Origin: Octopus sinensis
Taxonomy: Eukaryota
Length of the DNA stretch: 64,000 nt
Assembly (NCBI RefSeq): GCF_006345805.1
Contig: NC_043000.1
Coordinates: 130,572,001-130,636,000 of the forward strand
Reading direction: 5' to 3'
A program made the position numbers and the translations under genes. Positions 1 through 12,017 of this stretch are shown here, piece after piece (the stretch's first letter is position 1; each line of letters begins with the position of its first letter). The notes below the pieces were generated by a model. The model saw nothing but the letters and a program-made list of their open reading frames with translations. It was not told the origin of the DNA and ran no database searches.

Positions 1-99
1 TGGGGTTGATAAAGTCACCGTATAAGTTTCCATCCTTATAATTATTGAAGCTACCAATATACAATCACTTAATTAAATTTCATGTCGTTATTGTGGTTG

Positions 100-295
100 A
101 TACTGATTAACCCTAGGTCAGCCCCAATTCATCAGACCTTTGATGCTCCACATAATTCTTCTGGCCCATTTTTATACAGTGTATCGTGGACTACATTACC
201 CGACGTGCCTTCAGTTTTAATATAACAAACTATAGTTTGAGTTAAATTGGGGTTACTATTTCAAAATGATAGACTTTTATTACAGAGGCCTCCGA
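100..295 (+). repeat. Old, unclassified dispersed repeat of about 200 bp (representative copy)
   Basis: Degenerate motif series gttgtttaaccc(t/c)aggtca...gacct.tgat...ggactacatt...gctattt(c)tagcagg. Similar copies are seen by eye at about 16075-16275 (+), 30238-30420 (+) and 59230-59435 (-), with fragments near 2715-2850, 3400-3570, 5375-5450 and 23130-23215. Confidence 0.45.
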
Positions 296-1477
296 TCTGA
301 TCTAAAAACTCTTTACATTATCTTAAGGTGATATTCATCGACACATTATGTAGAAGTATCATACTGAAATTAATATTTTCTTCATCATCTCCTATTCTCA
401 ACATTAACAATTATTAGCTGTTTTTATTATTTTTAATCAATATTGAAGGAGACAGATAACCCCTCTCTTTATATTAACTTCCCTTTTATTTTATAATGAG
501 GAGGTAAAGCAGTATTCGGAACCCTAAACAGGGACTCTGACCCTCACGAGAAGGAGGATGCGAACATCCTGAAACTGAAAACCTGAAATTTGCCAAAGGT
601 AGCCAAGGTACCCTGTGATATCGTTAAACTGGAGGACAGATTCAATCTACCACTTTAGTGAACCATGGTAGAGTTGATACTGAGAACGCAAAGATTTGGT
701 ACATAGCGTTTGATCTGGCGTTCTTGCTGTTGTTCCAATCTGCAGTTCTAGAATGATACCTATTAATCGCCCTCGAGAACATGGAAAATGAAGTTGGCCT
801 CGGAAGGGTTTCAATTCAGGATGCAGAGAGTTGGAGAGAATACTGCGAATCATTCTATCTGCTGCATTAACGTCTCTTCCAATTTGTTGGTAGCTAGCAG
901 TGTTGAATTCATTTCTTACTGCAGATGTTACATTATTTGTGTTCGACTTAGCTTACAGACCCAATACATTCTTTAAAACATCATCTTTGTTGTTATACCA
1001 TCCTATAACTGGCTCCCTCATATCATCAGCGGGTAATATATTTGTAGTTATGATAAAGAATGCAGAGAAACTGCGTAAGCAAGAAATGCCGTTTCAATTC
1101 CAATTCCCATTTGTTTTATATCACGTGAACTGTTAATGGCTTACGGAAAGTAATTATCGTTGAATTATCTTAATTTCTCATTTCTTTTAACAAATGAGAT
1201 ATTTCTGTCTGGACAGAAAGAAAACAAATTGAGCAGTGTAGTTCTTTATCAACCTCACTGCTGGTTAATAGAATAATGTACCAGATGTGAAATGGAATCA
1301 TTTACATGTCGAATAAAACTGACGTTTGTTTTGGTGATTTCATTTCTATCGTGGGAAAATTATTTGTGACAGAGACTGGAGCTGACGTTTCCAGAAGGAC
1401 ATTTGTCTTTCAACACACCAGACATTGCCAAAGGATAGGTATCGGTGTAAAAGTAGGCTAAGACACAAGTTTGTTTT

Positions 1478-1510
1478 CTACATACATACATACATACATA
1501 CATACATACA

Positions 1511-1541
<31 letters not shown>

Positions 1542-1771
1542 GCATACATACATACATACATTTATGTATATTTCTCCGACACCACCTTTAGCTGAAAGTG
1601 TACCAGATACTGCTATGTTCCTGAAATAGCTCTTGTGAATGTCTTTTTTTTTCTTGCGAAAATATTCTTATCAGTATGTGTGTATGTATGTATGTTTGTA
1701 CGTATAAATTATATATATATATGTGTGTGTGTGTGTGGTGTGTGTGTGTGTGTGTGTGGTGTGTGTGTGTG

Positions 1772-1813
<42 letters not shown>

Positions 1814-1818
1814 TATAT
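1478..1818. repeat. Microsatellite cluster: (TACA)n, (TG)n, (TA)n
   Basis: Simple repeats visible directly. Confidence 0.95.
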
Positions 1819-2296
1819 TTCAGTTATATGCATATATTCAGACAGTCTCTAATCAATAAGTAATGACATTTGGTCTATTAAAAGTTTGTACTGTATACAA
1901 ATGTTGAATAGTAAGCACTGTACTCCACCACCTCAAAAGTTCAGTTACATTTTTCAGTGTGAAAGGTTAACATTTTCAGTTCACTTTTACTGGTTCTAGT
2001 GATAATAGCGATACTAGCAATGGCAATGAGGTTGTTGCTGTAGGTGATGGTTCAATGGATTTGATGGTGGTATCAGTAATGTGCGGTGTTGCATCTGCTG
2101 ATATTTGTGAGAGGAAAACCGGCTGATAATATTTGTTTTGGCACTGGACCCCTGTTGATAAAGGCTGCTGATGTTGACCGTGAGCGCACTGGGAATGAAA
2201 TTGTTGGTGGCGGATTTGATTTTGTTGCTGTTAGTTCCACATCAACCGATATTACACGTGATTATAATCCATAGCGTTCTAGCCATACCATCTTGT

Positions 2297-2713
2297 TCTT
2301 ATTTATTTATTACTCACAAGGGGCTAAACACAGAGAGACAAACAAGGACAGACAAAGGGATTAAGTCGATTACATCGATCCCAGTGCGTAACTGGTACTT
2401 TATTTATCGACCCCGAAAGGATGAAAGGCAAAGTCGACCTCGGCGGAATTTGAACTCGGAACGTGACCTCAAACGAAATACCTGTTTCTTTATTACCTAC
2501 AAGGAGCTAAACATAGAGGGGACAAACAAGGACAGACACACGGATTAAATTGATTATATCGACCCTAGTGCGTAACTGGTACTTATTTAATCGACCCCGA
2601 AATGATGAAAGGCAAAGTCGACCTCGGTGGAATTTGAACTCAGAATGTAGCGGCAGACGAAATACTGCTAAGCACTTCGCCCGGTGTGCTAACGTTTCTG
2701 CCAGCTCGTCGCC
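2297..2713 (-). mobile_element. tRNA-derived SINE family A, dimeric body
   Basis: Minus-strand head GGCGACGAGCTGGCAGAAACGTTAGC, B-box-like GAGTTCAAATTCC, and conserved body GAGGTCGACTTTGCCTTTCATC...GGGGTCGAT. The body is present twice. Confidence 0.85.
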
Positions 2714-3000
2714 TTCGCAGCCTGTCCTTATAGATAGATGATTCACTCAGACTATGTTATCGAATAAGCCCATTATATTAAAGACGATAGAATGTGATTC
2801 GACAGTGATTTGGTTGCTATGACAAGCAAAACGTACGACCGCATTTTCCTTTAGTCCCAGGTCAACTATTCTCAAACCTGCTAAGGAGATTTCAACCGTT
2901 ACCAACTCCGCCTTTTATAATGTTAAGGAAAATATATACAATAATATTTGTGATCTCATGGAAATGTAACTGTTTTGTTTAGTAAAGTGACAATGCAGAT

Positions 3001-3345
3001 CAGTGGCTCTCAACTGGGGATCCACATGACCCTCGGGTCGGATGGAGTGGGGTGGTGAGTCCAGATATGATTTCGTTGTTTTAGTTTATGTTCAATAAGT
3101 TTGTTATTCTTCTACAATCAATGGCGGTGCCCCAGCATGGCCACAGCTCATGAGCTGAAACTGGAAAAATCAAAAATCAAAATCAATACTCAAAATATAT
3201 CAACAACTTTTTTATACAGCTCTTAATAATATTTAATTATAAAGATATAATAGGATATTTTATAAACATCGAATGGGTATGGGATCAGATAGAGTAAGAT
3301 ATGAATAAAAGGCATACAAAGGCAAACAAAGATTGAGAACCAAAG
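3001..3345. mobile_element. Degenerate hAT/Charlie-like MITE
   Basis: Left end CAGTGGCTCTCAAC and right end ATTGAGAACCAAAG resemble the CAGTGGTTCTCAA-type TIR pair. The 8-bp TSD is not clear. It contains a SINE 3'-tail fragment at about 3122-3180. Confidence 0.45.
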
Positions 3346-3822
3346 GTGTGGAGGATCGCTAATTAAACACTAGATGTTATTGAAGCTCAAGAATGCACCC
3401 AAAATGGCAGGCCTATGACTGATGGTATTCCAGTTGTACCCATCTAACCCTTCTGATATCAAGCTCTACATTCTCCAAAATCTTCGTTAAAGGTGATAGG
3501 GTACGATATGAAAGATATTTAACTATTCTTCTTTTGGGTTAGACAAATACATAGAGGGTTCCTCCTTAGGTCAATGCTGGTGCAGTAATGTTGTTTTTGT
3601 AATAGACACCGCTGTTCAACGCTGGCTGAGTTTAAGCTGATGTCAAATTGTCTCTCCTGGTAATGATACTACCGGAATGGTTATTATGTTTATCATCATC
3701 CTTTATTGTACCAAATCTTAAGTAGTTGCGGGTTATTTCTACTGAAATATAAATATATTGAATATAATGAACGTCTGCTTTAATGCCTGTAAATGTAGCC
3801 AAAATATATATACATACATATG

Positions 3823-3881
<59 letters not shown>

Positions 3882-3927
3882 GTGCTTATAGATTTCTAAA
3901 TATATATATATACACACATATACATAT

Positions 3928-3971
<44 letters not shown>

Positions 3972-4195
3972 TATATATATATTTGAGTGTTTGTGTATGT
4001 ATGAATGTACGTATGTATTTGTTTTCTGTTAAGTTATGTTAAGTTTCATATAAAAGCAATTTAACGTTAAAACGAAGAACTACTCAATACATTTTAGTTA
4101 GACAGAAAAGTTTGATAAATACACAGTCCCTTTCTTCTTACATTATTTCTTTGTTTGTTTCTTTCTTTCTATCTATCTCCATATATCTAACTAAC

Positions 4196-4278
<83 letters not shown>

Positions 4279-4470
4279 GAAATATTGAATTTCTAAATGT
4301 CTCAGAGAGACATGAGTTGTGGTGGAGCAATATAGTGGTTGTTTACTGTCAACTCAACGTGACAGTCCCGTAAGGGAATTACACCACCGCCATTTAGCCC
4401 TAGGAAACATCGACGATTCCTGTCGGCTTTGACACATTTTCTGTGTCCTTATATTTCCAAAGGGGAGGCA

Positions 4471-4527
4471 ATCACCCCCGCCAGCTAGGACTAGCACCAG
4501 GTGCTAGTCCCAGCTGGCGGGGATGAT
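4471..4527. repeat. Near-perfect palindrome (28-bp arms, 1-nt spacer)
   Basis: ATCACCCCCGCCAGCTAGGACTAGCACC-A-GGTGCTAGTCCCAGCTGGCGGGGATGAT, with 2 mismatches. Confidence 0.9.
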
Positions 4528-4539
4528 ATATATACATAC

Positions 4540-4570
<31 letters not shown>

Positions 4571-4787
4571 ATATATATATATATTATATATATATATATA
4601 TATGCATTGTCTCCCATAAATTTATGTATGAATCCCTCAATCACTTTGCACTTTACTCCTCGCTATCATTTCTTTTTAATCGTCCTCCCAACAATCTTCT
4701 TCAATTTAGCAGCTTCCTACGCAATTCTTTTGCGCCTCGCGAACGCAATACCAATAACAACACCGATGTCTACTCTTGGCATTGCTG

Positions 4788-4879
4788 TCTTCTTCTTCTT
4801 CTTCTTCTTCTTCTTCTTCTTCTTCTTCTTCTTCTTCTTCTTCTTCTTCTTCTTCTTCTTCTTCTTCTTCTTCTTCTTC
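4788..4879. repeat. (CTT)n microsatellite, about 30 units
   Basis: Visible directly. It may be the (GAA)n tail of the adjacent minus-strand SINE. Confidence 0.95.
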
Positions 4880-5365
4880 CAATCAGGACTCACGCCATTG
4901 GCCACAAAGAATAATCTCTAATTCGAGCCTACTCTAAGCTACTAAGAATGCGTGTGGCAATTTGAAGATCTACCCACCACCCGCAATAGACTGGCGGTTG
5001 CACGGGCGCGAAAGCTACGTAGTTATCCTCATTCTGTAAACGGTGGCTTTTAACGATTGGAGAGCTGAACACACCTGGGATACAAAGGATTCGCAATCTA
5101 GACTAGGGTCTGAAAATTTACCACACCATAGTGGTTTACACACACCATGGTTCCTCTGCTTTGTGGCAGAAGCACGAAAAAAGAGTGAGAGAAAGTTGTG
5201 GTGAAAGAGTACAGCGGGTTCACCCCCACCCTCATCCACGCCGGAGCGCCGTGGAGCTTAGGTGTTTTTGCTCAATAAACACTTACAATGCCCGGTCGGG
5301 TAATCGAAACCGCGTTCTTACGACCGCGAGTCCACTGCCCTAACCACTGGGCCATTGTACCTCCA
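4880..5365 (-). mobile_element. tRNA-derived SINE family C (head) with a distinct 3' tail
   Basis: Minus-strand head TGGCCCAGTGGTTAAGGGCAGTGGACTCGCGGTCG...GGTTTCGATTACCC contains A and B boxes and matches the heads at 7170 and 48819. The left boundary is inferred. Confidence 0.7.
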
Positions 5366-5461
5366 CATTGCTGTTGTTGCTAAGGTTCTCTGGTTCAGGT
5401 TGTGTTTGAGCAGGTCTTTGATCAAAGGGTTTCAAGTCACAACAAGCTGGATTTTTTGTTT

Positions 5462-6137
5462 CTTTGTATATTCTTTTCTACAATAAGCACAAGGCCCGAA
5501 ATTTTAGTGAAGGGGGCCAGTCGATTAGATCGATCCCAGTACGCAAATGGTACTGAATTTATTGACCCTGAAAGGATGAAAGGCAAAGTCGACTTCGAAA
5601 TACCTATTTCTTTACTACCCACAAGGGGCTAAACACAGAGGGGACAAAAAGGGACAGACAAACGGATTAAGTCGATTATATCGACCCCAGTGCGTAACTG
5701 TTACTTATTTACCAACCCCGAAAGGATGAAAGGCAAAGTCGACCTCGGCGGAATTTGAACTCAGAACGTAGCGGCAGACGAAATACCTATTACTTTACTA
5801 CACACAAGGGGCTAAACACAGAGTGGACAAACAAGGAAAGACAAACGAATTAAGTCCATTACATCGACCACAGTGCGTAACTAGTACTTAATTTATCGAC
5901 CCTGAAAGGATGAAAGGCAAAGTCGACCTCGGCGGAATTTGAACTCAGAACGTAACGGCAGACGAAATACCGCTAAGCATATCGCCCGGCGTGCTAACGT
6001 TTCTGCCAGCTCGCCGCTTTCAATAGCATGAAAGGCAAAGTCGACCTCGGCGGAATTTGAACTGAGAACGTAACGGCAGACGAAATACGGCTACGCAATT
6101 CGCTCGGCGTTCTAACGTTTCTGCCAGCTTGCCGCCC
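5462..6137 (-). mobile_element. SINE family A multimer (about 183-bp repeated body) plus a second truncated copy
   Basis: GAAATACCTA recurs at about 5597 and 5780. Heads end at about 6017 and 6137. Confidence 0.85.
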
Positions 6138-6367
6138 CATCGTTTATGATGCAGTTGTGTAAACAGAGGGAAATTCGACTGTTATGTTTAGTAATGTTTA
6201 AACACTGCACATAATTCTAGTGCTGGTATATGGTAGATTACCATTTCAACAAGGCAAAACTTCCCTTCTGCCTAAATTATATACCAATGAAAGAGATGTA
6301 ACACAGTTCACTAAATGACAGAGATAAAACGCAAGAAGTTCGAGCTCCGAATCTCTAGTGAATAAGG

Positions 6368-6416
<49 letters not shown>

Positions 6417-7169
6417 CACACACACACACACACACACACCACACACACACACACACACCACATACACACACACACACCACATACACTCACACACACACTC
6501 ACATACGAGAGAAGACTGTTTGCAACAACAACTTCGTGTGATAACCGTCTACTTTAATTATCAGTTTTATCGGCTACCTGAAGGGTACAAAGCAATCCCG
6601 ATTCGTTGCTAATTATAATGCATATTTTCATTAAATAGAACTGCTTTCTGTAATCTCATTAGGAACTGTGCAATGAATTATCTTAACAGTCTTTGAAGCA
6701 AACACCCAAAAGAGAAAAAAAAACTAAAAGGAATTACTGATACATCAAATGAATTGTATCACCCTTTGAGTTCTCTTTAGCATTAGATTTTCGTTTTTGT
6801 TGTGTTATTCGCATTCAGAGCGGTGGGTGAGGCTAAGGTAACCAAAGGAGAACGTTTGTTATAACTAAATGGTTATATGCATTGCCGACAAGCTAATAGA
6901 GAAAATAAAAATAATCGTTGCGTTACCTTAATATTATTATAAAGTGGCATAAGGGACTCAATTAAAAGAGAAAATATCTTTCCCCTTGGGTGAAATATCT
7001 GTGCTACACGTGATCCAAATGTGTGGAACATAGTATAATTTCTATTTCTAAACCTGTTTTCAGAATTAGTTCATATTTTATTATATTTTTCTGTTACTGA
7101 ATCTATCTATTACGGCGGGATAAACTCCTAATAGTCACATTAAAACAGACATATACCATTATATGTGAA

Positions 7170-7483
7170 GGCGCAATGGCCCAGTGATTAGGCCTGCGAA
7201 CTCGCGATCGGAGGATCGCGGTTTCGATTCCCAGACCGGGTGTTGTGTATGTTTATTGAGCGAAAACACCAAAAGCTCCACGAGGCTCCGGTAGGAGGGT
7301 GTTGGCGACCCCTATTGTACACTTTCGCCCCAAACTTTTTCTCACTACTTCTTCCTGTTTCTTGAGTAATGCTGCGATGGACTTGCGTCCTTTCCAGCTG
7401 GGGGGAACACATGCGCCACAGAACCGGTAAACCGGGCCCATGAGCCTGGCTAGGTTTGAAAAGGGCGCATAAAAAAATAAAAA
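7170..7483 (+). mobile_element. tRNA-derived SINE family C
   Basis: Head GGCGCAATGGCCCAGTGATTAGG with B box GGTTTCGATTCCC, an A-rich tail, and flanking direct repeat ACCATTATATG. Confidence 0.85.
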
Positions 7484-7849
7484 CACACCATTATATGCGC
7501 GCGAATGTGTGTGAGAATATTTTTGGTGATAGCCATGAGAGCTAATTTCCTTTTATTTAGGTCCATAACAAAGTTGTTAAGGATGAGGACGAGAGAAAAG
7601 TAAACAAAAACCTGCCCAGTATTTAATTATTATTTTGTTGTTGTTTTACTGTGATCACGATAATTAATGTTTTTTTACATGAACATTCGTATATATCGTG
7701 CTTTGACATAGATTCGTATGGAGTCGTAGGGACGCCGTCGTTACATACAACATGACATGAATATCATTTTGGACTTGGCAGTGCAATCTAAGGCTTATCA
7801 ATGTCAATTCCTTCCAGATTTCGAGAGATTGACAGAAACGAGGTATTTG

Positions 7850-8560
7850 AGAAGAAAATGGAATCGCCTCCAGTGCAGCTCCGATATTTTATTTGACATC
7901 CGGAAAGATTAAAGCCAAATTTGACTTCAGTGTGCTTTGAAGAGAGTCGGAACGATTTCCACAGAATAATCTATCCGACACTCTTAAGGCTCTACTAATT
8001 GACTACCTAACGATCGTATTATATATATCATTGGGCATCAAAAGCTTTGTCACCCTGTGTGACCTGGTTTATAATCCCTTTATTCCAGTGGGTTACGTTG
8101 TATGATGTAGTTAAACGTGTAGGTCGCGAGCTGGCAGAATTGTTAGTACGCGGACGAAATGCTGAGCGACATTTTTTCCGGCTTTAACTTCTCCTGAGTT
8201 TATATGTCACCGAAGTTGATTTTGCACTTTAAACTTTTCTGAGGTCCATAAAATTATAGAATTTGAGCAGTGGGGTCGATGTAATCGACTAGCCCCTGCC
8301 AACAACATTTCAGCATTTGTGCCTTTGGGTTAGAGCAGTATATAGCAAATAGGGATTGTATATCACCGCTATCAGTTGAGAGATGATAAAATAACTGGCA
8401 GAATTTAGTTTAAATTCTTTATGTTCTGAGCTCAAATCTTTCAATGGTTAAGACTGCATTTCATGTATTAAGGTCCAAATAAAATAAAGTATTATCCAAG
8501 TAATGGGGTCTATACTATTATTTCTTGCCCTCACTGCCAAATGCTCGATACCGTATCTAT
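7850..8560. mobile_element. Cluster of old, degenerate SINE family A copies
   Basis: GCGAGCTGGCAGAATTGTTAG at about 8125 and GGGGTCGATGTAATCGACT at about 8272, with weaker copies at about 7850-7990 (-) and 8395-8560 (+). Confidence 0.6.
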
Positions 8561-9012
8561 TTGAAATATTATCAGATAAAGGATAATAAACTTTTAGTCG
8601 TTTTAGCCCGCAAACTTTTGCCGTGCTGGAGCACTACTATTATTATAGCTACACTTTTAATAGTCCTCCATATTTGAATAGGTTTAGTGAATTCAAAGTC
8701 GCTGCCCTCATTGGCATTTCTTGCATTGAAGTAGGTTAATCTGAAATATTTATTATACAAATGGCACTGCCATTATATAATTTAGCGATGTATCAAATTT
8801 TATTGTTAAGCAATTACAACTCTATAATTTATGTTTAACGATTCAACATAAAAGTATATATTAAAATAAATATTCAATTAATTCTAGGTTAAAAGATGGC
8901 ATAGTCATATTATTGACGCAAAATAGTTTCTATTTTCTATTTTTCACCATCTGATATATTTTAAGAGCACTGCAAACCCGCACTTAGTTTCTTTCTTCTT
9001 TTCTTCCTTTCC

Positions 9013-9080
<68 letters not shown>

Positions 9081-9630
9081 GAGTGAGAGAGCTGTGCGTG
9101 CCATCAAAATGATACTGGGGTAAAATATACAAAGCCCATATAACCATCATGACTACCCGTTGTGATAAGGGTACACCAGGCACATGCATCACAACCATAT
9201 GTGCGCGACATGGTGATCTCATATCAAGATAAACAGCGTATGGCATTGCGGGTGGTGCCCAGTTAGAATTTTCTTCAGGTTGAGTTACCCATTCCGCTCA
9301 AAAGATCTCTGAATAAGGGCTATTTAGGGATGTTGAACGAATGTTGAAACACCGATGTTTCCAGAGGTGAATTATTCAAACTCCAAAGAATTGCTTTCAA
9401 CACATGGCTACGATGCTCCCCTACTACAACTGCCCGTGATCAGAGATGATATATCTTCAGCCACTAAGGGACATGCTTATCTGGTTAAGGTCAGAGAAGT
9501 GACAAGCAAGTCTCTAGTATTTGCTGTAGCCCATCTTTTATACCAAGACAAAACAATCTACATAACACTTCCAGTCAGTTAAGATGAGAAGCCTTGAAAG
9601 CCACTGTCAAGTTCTGCATCAGGGAATATT
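9081..9630 (-). mobile_element. Non-coding ~550-bp interspersed element embedded in (ATT)n
   Basis: Flanked on both sides by ATT-type repeats. A homologous, internally deleted copy lies at about 13099-13476 and an end fragment at about 10058-10103. The strand is inferred. Confidence 0.65.
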
Positions 9631-9949
9631 ATATCATTATTATTATTATTATTATTGTTGTTGTTGTTGTTGTTGTTGTTGTTATCATCATCATCATCAT
9701 TATTGTTGTTACTATGATTATTATTGTTATCTATTTTTAATTTGTATGTTTGTTACAATCACTTGACGAGACACACCCAACGTCCTAGGGCGAGTGAAGA
9801 ATAAGAGAAGTTACAGTATGACTGAAAGCTTGGGGAGGAGCAGTAGGAGGGTCAGTAGCGAAATATCATCATGTAATACAACACGGACATTTAAACTGAT
9901 AGGGTTTTTCTAAGGATGTGGGCAGTACTTGATTCGGATTTCTCTGCGA

Positions 9950-10025
<76 letters not shown>

Positions 10026-10109
10026 ATTGTTGTTGTTGTTGTTGTTGTTGTTATTTAATGAGAAAGTAGTGCATGCCATCAAAGTGATGCTGGGGTAAAA
10101 TATTTCGCT

Positions 10110-11929
10110 CTTAATGCATGCTCTTGGGCTGCACAGTTTAGAACCTCCGTTTCCAGTTTTAAATCATTTTTAGTCATCCACAGTCATTTTCTCTCTCTGT
10201 CTTATCTTCAACATCCCTTTGAAATTGTTCATGCACTCTTTTCTTTATCCATCTGTTTTCAGTTTCACTCATTCACAAGTGCCTGTACAGTGCTTTATCT
10301 TTGCAATCTTCAATCATATACAAGCCTGGCCTTCTTACTTTCAATAATAGCGGTTCTGTGGCATTTTTTACATACCATGCTATGTTGTTTTCTTCTGCTC
10401 TAATTCTGTGTTCACATCCAATTAATCTTTTTCCCCCTCATTTTCTTGGTACATACAGTCTGTCTGTGCCACATTTTGAGTGGAGTATCCCATATCTTGT
10501 CTTTCTGTCTAAGCTGTTTAGTTCGTCTACTGTCCGTGCGATTACCCTTGCTCCTATGTAAGGAGTGAAACCGCTCAGGTGTTGATAGCTTCAATCTTAT
10601 TCAGGCCGTTTAATGTCAACTTAAGGATCAGACTCGGTCTGCGCAAGTACTCCACCTTGATTTTTTCTGTCATTTCTTTCTCTTTCAAATTATCCATTTC
10701 CAAAATCCCTAGGTACTTATGGCCCGTCCCTTCTATCTGCTTCATAACCTCCCCTGACGGTATAGCTAGCTCATCTATACATTTTATTTTGCCTTTCTTC
10801 AAGACTAACACACCACACTATTTTATTCCGGACTCCATCCTGATATCAGCACTGAAGGTATACACCGTGTCAACGAGGGAATTGACTTGGGCTTCATCTT
10901 TACCATAAAGTTTGAGATCATCCATGAATAATAATGGTTGACATTTTGTTGGCGGCTCTTGAATACATAACCAGCCTTTGCTTTCATCAGAATCAGTGTT
11001 TGCGTTATCATGCAAAGCACAAAGATCAGTAGGGGCAGGCAGTCTCCTTGGAGATGCCTCCCCTAATTTCTATTATCCCTAAACTTCTTCCATATGCTGT
11101 TAGTTCCGTCCTCCACATCGTCATACTTTTTCCAAGCAATCGTTCAACATTCGATGCAAAACTAAATAGGTTCCTACATTTCATAATCCAAGAATCGTAC
11201 ACCTTACAATAATCGATCTATGACATGGCTAAGTTATTTTTCTTCCTCTTGCAGTCTCTGAGCACAGTTTTGTCTACCAGGAGTTGATTCTTGATACCTC
11301 TGCACTTACGCTTGCAACCCTTCTGCTCATGTGGCAAGACTCCATTTTCCTCAGATGTCTGTACATTGACTCTGCGACTATTCCAGTCAATAATTTCCAC
11401 TTAAGAGACAAGTAGGATATCGGCCTGTAATTGTCTGCCGTAATGCCTTTTCCGATATTTTTCAAGCACTGAACTGTCCTACCCATTGTCAACCACTCTG
11501 GTGTTACTTGGTCGGCATTTAACAAGGTGTTGATTTGTGCAGCTATTCGTGCATGATATTCACCAAATCTTTTGATCCAGTAGACTTGAACTCCATCTGT
11601 TCCCGAGGCTATCCAGTTGCCCACCACCACTCCTTTTTTTGTTTTGCTAATTTCCTTTACTTCCCTAACTGAAATGACTAGTTTTGTCTGTTTTAGACAG
11701 ACTATTGTTTATTTAAGTTCTTGCAACCATTCAGCATCCTTCTTGTGCTCCTTGTCTTTGCTCCAGATGTCACTCCAAAACCTTTGACTTTCAATGTCAT
11801 CTGGTATCAGCATTTCATCTGTACACTCTCCATTTATTTCTTTGTAGAATCTCTTCTGATCTACTCTAAATAACCTATTCTGCTCTGTATACCTTCATTC
11901 TTTGGTCATATCTTACCATCTTTGATTTC

Positions 11930-11930
<1 letters not shown>
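10110..11930 (-). pseudogene. Degraded R4/Dong-type non-LTR retrotransposon RT region
   Basis: Frameshifted motifs [57 protein letters not shown] and KYLGILE. Flanked by ATT repeats. Confidence 0.85.
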
Positions 11931-12011
<81 letters not shown>

Positions 12012-12017
12012 TATTAT

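Noticed and set aside
4315-4410. Twister- or pistol-like fragments (GTGGAG, TTAGCCC)
   Set aside because: The required pseudoknot pairings and conserved order could not be assembled, so it is kept only as an unclassified structured element.
7170-7245. tRNA gene candidates at SINE heads (also 20336, 28489, 45419, 48819)
   Set aside because: A and B boxes are present, but there is no intact cloverleaf and each runs into a SINE body, often with a TSD.
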